53,118 nucleotides of DNA, taken from contig QPGO01000001.1 in the NCBI GenBank assembly GCA_008632985.1, positions 186,001 through 239,118 on the forward strand. Direction: 5' to 3'. Below the pieces are notes generated by a model, which had not been told where the DNA came from, did not search any database, and saw only the letters and a program-made list of their open reading frames with translations. The translations under genes were made by a program, and so were the position numbers. This document shows, in pieces, positions 24,081 through 36,032 of the stretch; position 1 is the first letter of the stretch; every line of letters starts with the position of its first letter. The stretch is from Psammoneis japonica. Taxonomy: Eukaryota.

Positions 24081-26206
24081 ATGAACCGTTCCAACAACAA
24101 GAAAACGACTCCCTACAAGTACAGTGTCGACGACGACGACGACGACATGTGCGACAGACGCGGTGGTGCTAGTCGTGCTGGTAACTTGAAGGATTATCGA
24201 GATGAACAAACAAAAGAAGAAATTGAAGAATTTCGTGAATCTACCTATCGCGACGATGAGGAAGCTGCCCATGGTACGGAAAAGCGTTTGACTCCCCACT
24301 GTGTCGCCCATCGCCGTCGACAAGAACAACAACAACAACGAGAGGAAGAAGTTTTTATTTGGCATGAAGAACAAGCATTGGAGTTGGCTCCAAGAGCTGA
24401 TGGTGCAGTCGCTGGAGCTTTTGCCGTCGGTCAAGGCGGACAGGAAGTTCGACGAGGAAGGGACACTGACAACATTACACTCATGACGGCACCCGAAACT
24501 GTGTCTTCAGCTGACAATGATGATGACCCTCCTGCACTCGTCGAAGCGCATTTGGCAGAACCGAGAGAAGATGATGAGAATGTTCGGGCGCAAGTGACTC
24601 AAATGCAACAAGAGATCGCGCGTCTTCAACAATTGGTGCCCACAACACGACAAGCAGAGGCTGCCCAGGTTGTTTTAACGGTTTCCAATGGGGAGGAGCA
24701 GAATGCAGAGTCTGTAGACAACAATGAAGAGATCGGTAGCAAGCGTCGGCGTCGCAAACTCTTGGTTGTTTTCGGGGCTGTAGTGCTGGTCGTTGCTGCG
24801 ATTCTTGGAGCCATTGTTGGAGTGATGTCAGGAGGTGGTGGAGGAGAAAGCACCAATCACGCTTCTACGGGAGCTACGACCACTCCAGCTACGACCGTAG
24901 CTCCCACTCCAGCTGCTACAGCAGTGGCTCCCGCCACGCCCGCTTCTACAGTTGCTCCTACTACTCCAGCTCCTTCTCCAATCGCTCTGCTTCCGAACAG
25001 TCCGTGGAATCCCGTTGGTCAAGTCTTGCACGGCAAAGCTGCAAGAGATCATTTTGGCGATTCCGTATCCTTGTCGCGTAATGGTAGCATCATGGCTGTT
25101 GGAGCGGGTCAAGGTGGTGCTTCGTACAATCCCGGCCGTGTTTTTGTCTATCGATACAATCCCACTACCCAACAATGGACACAACTTGGGCAAGAATTGA
25201 TTGGACAAGCAGGCGGCGACGATTTTGGCGAATACCTTTCGTTGAATGGCGACGGCAATGTTCTTGCTGTCGGAGCTGATGGGAATGACAGTGGTGGAAG
25301 TGCTGCGGGTCATGTGCGAGTGTTTGAGTACGACTCTGCATCGGATCGCTGGGTGCAACTTGGTGGTGACATTCTTGGACAAGCTGCTTATGATGCTTTT
25401 GGTGTTTCCGTGTCGCTCTCAGACGCCGGAGACATTCTTGCCGTGGGAGCTTATTTGGGTGACACGAAAAATGGCAAGAATTCTGGATCCGTTGGTTTGT
25501 TCCAATACGACCGTGGCACATCTCCTGGAAGCAGCTCGGACAGAATCTGATTGGTGAAGCTAGTGAGGATCGTTTTGGTGTTTCCGTTTCCTTGAGTCAA
25601 TCGGGAACCATTGTTGGCATTGGAGCGTATTGGAATGATTCGGGTGGAAATCATGCCGGCCAATTGTCTGTATATGAATACAATTTTGTATCGTCAAGAT
25701 GGGATCTATTGGGCAGTCCAATGAATGGACAGGTTGTTAATGGCTATTTTGGGCAATCTGTTTCTCTTGACGACAGCGGTTTGATCATGGCCGTGGGTGC
25801 ACCTGGAGACGAAGGCGAGAGGCTTTTGGTTTATTCATACGATCGCTCGGAATCTAGATGGAATCAACGTGGCCAAACTCTGCTCACGCAACAACCCGGC
25901 AATGCGTTTGGTTGGTCCGTGTCGTTGAGTGGCAATGGAAACGTCTTGGCGGTCGGGAGTGATTCTCATGACGGCAATGGATTGACCAACGCGGGTCAAC
26001 TTCGAATCTTTCAGCATGACATCAATGCAAACGAATGGAAGCAAGTTGGAGATCCTATAAACGGCGAGGCTGAAGATGACTATTTTGGAAATTCCGTGTC
26101 GTTGTCGGCCGACGGGAGTGTCGTTGGAGTTGGTGCACATCGCACTGATGCCAATGGCTCTGATTCAGGATCCGCATATGCATTCACTGTATACTACAAC
26201 AATTAG
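24081..26206 (+). CDS. FG-GAP repeat beta-propeller single-pass membrane protein, copy 3; 1-nt frameshift near 25522
   Basis: ORFs 23997..25550 and 25592..26206 are collinear with 8222..10279. TM LLVVFGAVVLVVAAILGAIVG, T/P/A stalk. Adding one base restores DRGTSSWKQLGQNLIGEA. Confidence 0.85.
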
Positions 26207-27067
26207 AAATGCATTCTTGTATTTCATCCTTATTTTGCACCAATCGCACTGTATATTACAGTTCATCCTTCATTCTGTCGCAAACGCAGTGTTGCATCGA
26301 CGACAATCTGTAATTTTTTCACGCTTGATTCCTTGCGGAAAAACTAAGGTTTACACTGCCAAGAAGAAGGGTGTGTCACGATAAAACGATGTGACTTCAC
26401 TTTTTGAATACACCCCAAGAAGAAGAGAGACGCACTGCTAGTAGTATCTCGTCTCTTGCTCCGACAGTATCGGGTGGCGTGAATTGCTCTTTCGCTTTTG
26501 TACAATTACACTCTACTGTATCACAGCTCTACAATGCTAGCAAGGACACCATGGCCCTGAGAAGCCATCCCCATTTTAGTTGTACTCTTTGTATCATCGT
26601 CGTGAGGAAGTATCGTCGTCGCTACGCCGTCCTTTGGCTGCATGCTTGATTCCTGGTTGCAGTTCCGGAAACTCAGTTATCTGTTTCCCCTGTCTATGCA
26701 CAAGAGCTGTTTTCCGCATACGGTAGGTCAGCTGGTGGTCATCGAGATGCGGTGGCTCACAGGTTTAAGTCATTTGAGTTTGCTTGCAAGACTCTTGACT
26801 AGAATACAAGTTTACTCTTTGCCGAAGTATCTCTACTTTTTGACATTCTTAAGTATCTTCTCATTCTGAAGAAGAACTCGTTTTCGCATCCTTCTGACAC
26901 ATCTCCTTCTTCATGCTCTTTTTCGTATTCTTCTCGTCTGTCTCCCTCTTCATGCTATTGTGTGTCCTTCTCGCCCTTCTCTCTGTTCACACCCTTTGTT
27001 TTGCCCTTCATTTTCTTTCTCTTGGGCTTCTCGCCCTTCATGCTCTTTTTCGTATCCTACAACTTCT

Positions 27068-28301
27068 TCAGTCTCCAGTTTCCAAGCTCAAAAGAAGCAT
27101 GGCCTCAACAATCATATCCTTTTGCTCTAGGTGAAGGTCTCGCTGACGACGATACTCATCGTGCAAAAGGTCTTTGATGTGGGAATTCGTCATGTTCAAC
27201 ACATGTCCTGCCTGTGTCAACAAAGCGCTTCTTTTTTCTTTACGTCTCTGTCCGCCGAGCTCACAAGAATCATGGCCTTGATTATCATATCCTTCTGGTC
27301 CATAACGAGATGAGGGGCAATCTCCGCTAGATCAGACTCGATACTTCCATAACTTCCACACTCCATCATGTGAAGTAAGATATCCTCATTCGTAGTGGTT
27401 TTGCTGGTCATAGACTGGTAGATATTGTGAATATTGTTCACAAGTAGCTTTGTAGCCTCTTCATTTCGATCTTTAATCATTGCAATGCGAATCATTGCGC
27501 GAAGAAATGCAGTGTCTGGAGTGTTCGCGGCCGGTCGTTTTCTCATATTGTACTCATTGTGTACAACTTCTTTGAAATCAGCCTTTGTCATCTCCAAAAC
27601 TCTCCCCGCCTCCACCAACAATTCTGCCTCCTCTCGCTCTAAATCTCCGTCAGTCAAGCTGACAAAAACCATGGCTTTGAGTATCACATCCTTGTACCAC
27701 TTGCTGAGAAAAGGAACAAATTGCACGAGATCCGTCTCGATACTTCCATATGCCACACAGTACCTCGTCAGATCCAAGATCAGGTCAGTCTCAATCATCT
27801 TCCCAGTCAAAGACGTGTAGCCCTTTCGAACCTTATCCACTAACTGAGCCTCCTCGTTTGGAGAATGGCGAAGTCCAAAGCCCGCTTGGCCTTCGAATGG
27901 TCCCAGTCTAGAATATCGACTTGAAAATGGTTAGCACATCCTGCACACTTCACGTAGTCATCAAATGTGCGAGCGAGACAGAGCTTTACCACCCAGCAGT
28001 AGTGACAGTGCAACGAAATCTCCTTGTGCTTGTAGTGTTTTCTCTCTTGGCAAAACGGGCAAAAGAACGTGCCCTCGTCGACAACTTTTCGGAAAAAACG
28101 CTTGCCACAGTAGCATTCAGTTGTGAAACCGCTACTCCATTCCAAATTTTTATCGGGGATATCAACAAGAAATACATTTCTTTGCGGCGCTCCTTCTGGT
28201 GGGAGCTCTGCAGCAGCCTTTCTGCTCTTATGAATAGCTCGCGCATCCTGCGCTACACCGTAAACTCCCTCTAAATTAAGGTAAAGTTCGACTGCCTCCA
28301 T
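27068..28301 (-). CDS. Zinc-ribbon + repeated TerB-like helical domain protein; frameshifts near 27860 and 27220
   Basis: GTFFCPFCQERKHYKHK...YVKCAGCANHFQVDIL (two CxxC), followed by repeated units KDVILKAMVFVSLTDGDLEREEAELLVEAGRVLEM and KDMIIKAMILVSSADRDVKKKEA. Confidence 0.65.
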
Positions 28302-28539
28302 CAGGTCTTTTCAATCCGGCTTCCGTGTGTTATTGTGTGGTACGATAATAGTGTGGAGCTTCCTAATAATTGATTGACACTTGACACGCACGACACGGGG
28401 TTCGGGTTCGACAAAAAAATCAAAAATGTGAAGAATTGTGGCGATTTTGACTGACGCGCGCATGCAGATCTCATTCATGCGTCCACTCACACAACTGGGA
28501 GGTCTGTGTCATTCATGCGTCATGCGACACAGCCACGAC

Positions 28540-29012
28540 ACCAAGCACGGCAGGTGGTGGTGGTCGAGATGCTGTGGCTCACAGGTTTAGCTGTTGAGTT
28601 TGCGTGTCACAAGCCTCTTGACTGCAACACATGGCTGACTTCAGCATTGGTCAGTTGCAGCTGGTGTGGTCCATCGAGAGGCGGTTGCTCGCAGGTTCAT
28701 TTCAAGGCAGTCGAGGTGGCACAAAAAGTCCCTGCCCAGACTCTCTCGCCGCCAAAGTGCTGCTTCCTGCCTCCACCAACAAGTCTGCCTTTTCTTGGCC
28801 CAGTTGTCTGTCAACCAAAATGACAAGAGCAACTGCTTTGAGCATCGTGTCCTTGTGAAACTGGCCGAGAAATGGAGCAAACTCCACGAGATCCGTCTTG
28901 ACACTCTCCCATCTGCCACACAATGCCTCATCAGATCCAAGATCATGAGATCATGTCAGTCTCGATGCTGTTCCCAGTCAAAGACTTGCAACCTTTTCAA
29001 ACCTTGTGCACC
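28540..29012 (-). pseudogene. TpA-depleted partial duplicate of the TerB-like gene and its downstream flank
   Basis: 28760-29010 aligns with 27605-27840 (KDTMLKAVALV vs KDVILKAMVFV; RHCVA vs RYCVA). 28545-28630 aligns with 26720-26805. Confidence 0.75.
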
Positions 29013-29479
29013 ATCTGAGCCTCCCCGGTGGTGTGTCACACGCCAAATGCTCTGTTGCTTGCACGGCATGAATCATGTGGCGCCCATCATTGAACTGTGG
29101 CAGCACCTCTGGCATGCAGCCACTCAAGCTGTTGGGTGTGGGCAATGAAAGATGAGAGTTCTTGCTCCAACTTTGTTTCTGTTGATAAACTTGACAAATG
29201 CTTGACTGCCAACTGCAAAATCACAGGATCGTTTCTTGGCACTTTGGCTCTGCGAAGGTTGCCATCAACCACCAGGAATGGTGCACTGCAATGTTCTTGA
29301 GCAGCATCAGCCAGACATCCATGGTCACTGGAAAATCTAAAGTCACATCATGACATGGACAACACATCAAATTGCATGCATTGCAGTGGCTGGTGCATCC
29401 TCCACCAATTGATTTGCTTGCTCAATGTTCTGTGGGGCGAGGACAGGCGCACAAAGCAAAATGATCTGGATGTTGGTGA

Positions 29480-31080
29480 TGCATGTCACTCAGCACTCTG
29501 TTCACAAACTGGTGTTCTTGGATGATTGCTGAACAGCCACAGGACTCTGGATCTCCTTGAGCATTGAATGCTCAAAGGCAACTAAAATGACATGGATCAT
29601 CAACAACAGAGGAACAGAAAAGAGGTGGTTCTTCACAATGGCATGAAAAAAGAGACACCACAGCACCCAATTTGTCAGGTTCTTTGTCCTCCTCATGTGG
29701 CAACTCTGCCACACATTGATTGCCTTGAAACAAAAAAATTGCCCTTGTTCAGAGCACACTTCCCTTCCCCAGAAGGACCCATTTTTAAGGCAACAATCAA
29801 GAAAAACAATCAGCAAGCATGACATTGTCTTGGCCATCCACATGCTCAAAAGTTGGAGCAAAATTTTCCACGGAGCAAAAAGCCAAATTGTTGTGGTCAG
29901 CAAAGACAGTGCAGTCACCACCAAGTGACACAATTCAAAATTCTTTGAAGCACATTGCAGCTGCCAGCAACTCATCAAAGAGTTTTGTTGCACAGAACTG
30001 AGCTTGCGGGGTGCCAGCAGGCAATCAGCCTCTGCCATCTCACATGATCACTGCACCTGTTTGGCAGTTGGAGGAGTCAGCACAAATGTGGAATGGGTCA
30101 TTGTGATCAGGGCAAGCCCACAATGTGTCATCCAGCGCCAAACTCATCACATCATCACAGGCTTGCTTTTTGACAGCCACTCCAGTGCATCTGCTCCAAC
30201 TTGCTCTTGTCTGTCAACCACATGAGAGGAGTGAGTGTGTGAGACCAACATCATGGCCACATGTTGTGATGACAGCAGGTTGCTGTGCCAACAAATGGCC
30301 ACAGATGAGCAGTGTTCCAGGGAGGTGCCACTCACAGTGCTGCTCCCAGCTTTTTCTTCCACAGCCCAGCTCTGGTTGGCACCAACTGATGGCCTGGACA
30401 ACCCATCTCTTGGACACACCACTCACCACATGTCATTCTTTGAGTGGATTGACCTTGAGATCATTTTCCTCCTCCAGCCTGAACAACAACTCATCAAGAC
30501 AATGCAGCATGTGAGTGTCAAAATGTTTGTCAAACTGAGCAAGATGTGTCATCAACATGTGCTTCCACATCCAGTCCATTTGCCACTTGCTCAACAATGG
30601 ATTGGGCAACATCTGGCACCGTCTTCAAGCACATTGCAGGATGGCAGTGCCAAAACTTCCTGCATGGCATGACAATGCACAGTTCCTTGGGCTCTTCATC
30701 AAGCTTGCTGTGGCAGCAAAACGCAATTGGATCAAGCTTCATCAAAAAACTTGTGGCCTGATTGTTGGTGTGCAACATCTTGGATCACTGGCAATGAATG
30801 CACTTTGTGCTTGAGGACCTTGTTGAGTTCTCAAAAATCAGACACCCCCAGTGCACTCATCAATCCTTCTCGGGCACAACAAAAGTTTCTGCTGCCCACT
30901 CAGCTGGACCGACTGTGTCTCAAGTGTGCCAATGTCTGTCAGGTGTTGAAGCTCCATCTTCAAGACCGCCTCGTGAGTCTTGTGGCACATCATAAACTTT
31001 AGAGTGAAAACAGGCACAGCACTAGGATCAACTTCCAGTTTGGCCGTCTCATGAGGGCATTTTTGCTGAGGGTTCAATCG
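29480..31080 (-). mobile_element. Degenerate Ty3/gypsy pol remnant (RT and downstream region)
   Basis: KLEVDPSAVPVF...ELQHLTDIGTLE and FLMKLD...KLDEEPKELCIV...AMCLKTVPDVAQSIVEQV...DVEAHVDD (YxDD changed to HVDD). Broken frames; the left limit is approximate. Confidence 0.75.
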
Positions 31081-31327
31081 AACAACGTCTCGTGCTAGCC
31101 AAGCACCGTCTGTAGCTATCATCGCGTTGTCGAACCCTCGTCGGGGGGACTGAGCATGCATCCAGGGACATATTTGTACACAATGTGACAGAATTTTACC
31201 GTAAACTTTGGTATTTCTCTATTAAAAGTAGAAACTTATGCTCTACTACCCATACACACCCTGTGCGACCGTATCAGGTGGGTGGCGTGACTTGCTTTGT
31301 ACAAACACACTCTATATTATATCATCT

Positions 31328-32423
31328 CTACAATGGCTTTCCATCGGCTCCCAACAATCCCGTACTCTCATTCGTATCCTTTTTAATTTCTTGTCCATCG
31401 GCACCCAACAGGGTGGGTGTACCACCAATACCAGCCGTCAATACCTTGAGCAAGGATATTTTAAAGAATAGAGTCGATCCACCGGGAATGCGTCCATCCG
31501 GTGTTCCCTCCTCCCCATAGGCTTGTTCGGGAGGAATTCCCACCATGGCCGTTTCACCCTCGTGCATTTTGAGCAAACCATCACGCCAACCGGGAATGAC
31601 ACCCGCCAAGGGAAACGAGACGGGTTCCGGTTCTTGGCCGTTTTTTTGTTTTAGGAGGGTCGAATCAAACACGGTCCCATCCGGTAAGGTGCCATGATAG
31701 TGTACTTGGACCGTGGAGGATTGGGTCGGACGGACACCATCCGGGTTGGCTTCCAAGACATGCAACACGACGCCACTATCCAATTTCGTAGTACCCTCGG
31801 TTTCTTCCATTTGTTGCAACATTTCACGACCCGTATCCTCGAGACGTTGACGAATCGTGTCTCTGAAAGAATAAAAATTAAGAAAGAAAAACGAGGGATT
31901 GTTGTGAGTAAAATATGAAACGAAATTCAATATGGTACACATTACAATCAAGAACATCATAATCACAATTCCATCCATTCCACACATCAGTTTCACACTA
32001 TTACACTCACGCTCGTTGTGCAATTAATTTGTTTAATTCCTTTCCTCGTCGTCCCAACAATTCCGTTTGTCCCTTTTCCGATAAACGTCCAATCACGGTA
32101 TCCAACAAACCCTTGGCGACTTGAGTCAATTCTTCACCATTTTCGACAAGAGGCCGAATGTCACCCAGTTGTCGTGCCAAATTGACACCCAACGTGTACA
32201 TTAATTCCTCGTGTGAATCTGCCGCAACGGGAGCATTATCGACTGTGGGTTCTTTGCTGTCGGTAGTAGCATCAGCGGCATACAATACTACTCTTTGGGG
32301 ATTTTTATATTGACATTTTTGAATGATTGCAGTCGATTGTGGTGAAAAGGCAAGAGTGCTGCCTGTTGCTGCGAGCAACAACAAAAGTAGGGGTGAAACA
32401 ACAACAAACAATCGCAACATCAT
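31328..32423 (-). CDS. FKBP-type peptidyl-prolyl cis-trans isomerase, probably plastid-targeted; intron 31863-32010
   Basis: VQVHYHGTLPDGTVFDS...VIPGWRDGL...IPPEQAYG...IPGGSTLFFKISLL. The N-terminal signal peptide ends in LA-FSP (ASAFAP-like). The GTGAGT..TTTCAG intron gives QRA-DTIR. Confidence 0.92.
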
Positions 32424-32910
32424 TTTCGAGTGATGATGGGAAGAAAAGTGAGAACAAAAAATGAGCGACTGATGTGTTTTGGTTCCACGTGTCGGATGCG
32501 GTTCTTTCCCTCGCGCGTTGCGCTCGCGCGCAAGGCGAGGAGCACCTGATTTTCAAGCGCAGGGCCCCAATGCTGAACGCGCAATACACTTGCCACATTG
32601 ACTTTGGAGTGTGGGGGATCAATGATGATGGCTACTGCAAAAACAACGCGCTTCCCCGGAGTAAGTACAGTGTAAAAACGCGAAATGAAGGTTCCTAGTT
32701 GGCGTGAATACCATTATGATTTTGGTATGCATCTATATAAAGTATAAGCACGATATAGAGTACTCGAGTCTCGAGTAGCAAAACTCATGGAATGCACAGT
32801 GTCCCATTCTCTTGAAACCCAAAGCATTGGGAAACCGTCCGCTCTGTCTTGGGAAGGTTTCTCTTCCTTCTAGTAGTTGATGGGGTTCTACCCCGGCGTT
32901 CCTTGCGACA

Positions 32911-34023
32911 TTACAATGGGGGTACGTCACGAAGGTGGCATCCATCTTGCAGTGCGTAGCATTCATGCCATAGTGTTTTCTGCGGTTTCGTGTGTATGTA
33001 TGCTGTCGCCTCACCTTCAAAGAATATATACCATACGGGCTTGATATTGCTGTTGGCGGCATACTTGACAGTACAGTTTGGGTTATTCTCACACCCGCTG
33101 ATTCCAAAGATTTCCACATATTTAGCCTCAACGTCCACCCAGGTTCCATATGGTGACGTCTCAACACACGATACTACCGCCACTGATTCGGAGAACACAT
33201 CGAACCACCTTTCATTGTGTTTAAGGTCGAAAGTATGTGTCGACATTGCATCAAAGAGAGGAGTGGCATTCTGCGAACACTCCAGCCAATCTGGGGGTGT
33301 GAATTCCTTGGTGGGGGCGAACCATTCAACCCTGGAAGAATTGTATACTGAATGGAGTAGTGTCACTATCTCACTCACGTTGTTGACAAAGCTGTGCAAA
33401 TCATAAGAATACCTTTTTTCCACATTGGGATACGGTCCGGCGTAGTATAGTAGTACCGTTCCGTTACCCCCCAATTCCATGTTGATCCACGAAGAATCGC
33501 ATGCATCCCATATCTCCGCATCCGAATCACCCTCGGGGACTACAGGCCCCGGGGATTCCGTTTTCGGGTCTTCTCCCTCGGAGAATTCGCCCATGGCGCC
33601 CATGGTTGATACCGTGGCTACCGCTGCCGTGAGTAGAACAATGCAAATGAGTAAATCAATCAGGTAGCGACGTTCGATAGTGATTAATTTCCTGCGTGGA
33701 ACCAGGGTTGCCGCAATCACATTCTCATCGCCACCATCACGCACTTGCGTCGTACTACTGGAAACAGGAATCCCAGCAGTGCCCACGCACGCCGTTTCGA
33801 GAATGCTGCTGGTAAAGTCGTCTGCTGCTGCACGCCCAGGCTCACCGCCTTCTTCAAAGGCTCCGGGTTGCGAATCACTTGTAGTAGTATGTTCTGGTGG
33901 TTTCGGCTTTTCTGTGGCGGGGTCCATTTCGGGTTCATAGCACCTTAACGTTGATTCAATTTGGGGTTCGGGTTCCCAATCCTTGATTTTTTTGGACATT
34001 TTATCGCTCATCTTTGTATCCAA
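32911..34023 (-). CDS. Hypothetical single-pass membrane protein (PGAF motif, Cys-containing C-terminal domain)
   Basis: 370-aa ORF with TM LLICIVLLTAAVATV and normal composition. Confidence 0.7.
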   Translation of the reverse strand: MDTKMSDKMSKKIKDWEPEPQIESTLRCYEPEMDPATEKPKPPEHTTTSDSQPGAFEEGGEPGRAAADDFTSSILETACVGTAGIPVSSSTTQVRDGGDENVIAATLVPRRKLITIERRYLIDLLICIVLLTAAVATVSTMGAMGEFSEGEDPKTESPGPVVPEGDSDAEIWDACDSSWINMELGGNGTVLLYYAGPYPNVEKRYSYDLHSFVNNVSEIVTLLHSVYNSSRVEWFAPTKEFTPPDWLECSQNATPLFDAMSTHTFDLKHNERWFDVFSESVAVVSCVETSPYGTWVDVEAKYVEIFGISGCENNPNCTVKYAANSNIKPVWYIFFEGEATAYIHTKPQKTLWHECYALQDGCHLRDVPPL

Positions 34024-34639
34024 GAGCCAGAGGGCTTACGTCTATAAAACAGGAATTGTCTTGAAGGTATTTCAATAAGGTCAGAAATTTGTAGAGATGG
34101 ATCTATAACGCTTTCAGATGGATTGATTGAGATTGATGTCGTGTGGCAATGGCAAAAGGAATAAATAATAAAAATGTACCAGACCCGTGAACAGAAAGCG
34201 CGAACAGTGGTGTCACGATTCACTGATAAGACGCATTGATTGTGGTGGCGCAAATTCGAGAATTTTCCACATCATACTGTCATGATGATGTTGTGGTAAG
34301 CTGAGAACGTTCCATGTGTCTTTTGAGACATCTTGTCTATGATTTCAATCGTATGAAAGTGCATTGGGTAACCTAAGAACGTTCCCCGCGTTGTCTTTCC
34401 CGATGTTCATTCAATAATCTACAGTAAGTACCTCTACTCTGTACATACATACAGTTCTATGTGGCAGTACCAGAACATTACGGAAAATGACTTTTGAACA
34501 CACAGGTAGGTCATTTCAATGAATCATGTATGTCAAGTTGAACAAACATGACGATCAATGGTGGAACTCTAGATATGACATAAATGATTTATTGAGACGC
34601 TTTCTTTTGTAATGACTTGTTTTAATCTGATGTGTCCAA

Positions 34640-35780
34640 ACGTGCCACTTTCGGGCGGACATCACTGCTTTGCCCATTTCCCACTCTGCCAATGAACCTG
34701 TGGACCAATTGCACAATCTCTGCTCTCTCTCACTTGGTGGGCTGGCAACAGCGAGCTGCTGTGCCGGTGCATTTTGGCCCTGGAGAAACAGTTTCATGGC
34801 AGCAGATTGGCAAAATCCAGAAGCAACTGGGCAGCTTCAGATGGTCAAAGTCCAAAGCACCGTTTGGTGAGAGAGCCCAAAAGTGGGCACTTGTCATGCA
34901 ACAAAATCCATCCAAGTTAAGCCCCCCCCCTGCCTCAACAGGGCAGCTCAAAGCAGCCTTGCCAGAGGACTGGGCAGTCACACTGCAAGGCCCCTGCTGG
35001 GTGTCAGAGCGCTTCTTCTTCTCTTTTCAGCTGTCCGTGCGTGGCTTTTCAACTGCTGCAGCGGCAGATTTCAGCAAAAAGGAAAGAGCGGTGCAAAGAC
35101 AAAGATCTTTTGTTCTTCTCTGTTGCATGAGCTCACCAGGGCTGCAGTCTTGACCACCCAATTGAGACCTCTTCCTCCACAGCTTTCTCAGGGTGGTGCT
35201 TCCCAAGTCTCTTGCATTGTTCAGAGTCACTCGTGTGCTCAAATCATCTCATGGGTGCACTGCACTCCCATGGAATGCAGCCTGAACAACCTCTTTTGGA
35301 GAGGATTGTGTGTGGGCTGATCCACCTGGACATGGCTGCTCATGTCACAAATCGTGCTTGATTGACCATGGGGGAGTCACACTCAAGGAGACAAACAGCA
35401 AGATCACACCTCCACACCTCTTTTGTCAGAGCACCTTGATCTGCTTGAATGAATGGCAAAAAAGAGGATTGTGTGCAATGCTCAAATTGGACAGGGTGCC
35501 AGCACATGTTGTTCTTGGGATTCTCTGTTGGAGAGCTGCTGTTGTCAAGCCACCCACATGGGCCCAACCACTGGGCAAACACCTTCCAACATTCACCAAC
35601 AGCCATCTTCTAGACTGCCCATGTGACCAGTTTTGTTTGAAACCACCTGATGTTCCAATTGAATCCATTTTGTGTCTTGCCGAGAAGCACAGATGCTTGC
35701 AAGGCTGTCAGCTCCCATTGGCAATCGAATTGTCAAAATCACAGATGATCTCTCTCGATGTTTGTTGCCGCAACAGAAGT
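34640..35780. repeat. TpA/CpG-depleted decayed repeat island, family not recognised
   Basis: Near-absence of TA between normal-composition flanks. Confidence 0.55.
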
Positions 35781-36032
35781 TTCAATTTGATGTACCCTGC
35801 ACCGTACGTAGGGCTACCGCAGTACCGGCACTCTAACGCAGTGTAAACACCAAAAATGCGGTTACGAAGTCAGTTGTCTACTAGTAGAGACTATCACTAC
35901 ATGGATAGTCCCACCCATGACCAGCAAGCAGTGAGTGGATATAGAAACACGCGTCGTGACGGGTGAGAGGATCGTTATGAAAAGAAGTTTAATGTTTACA
36001 AGAGAGTAACGTAACCAAGAACGTGCTCTACA

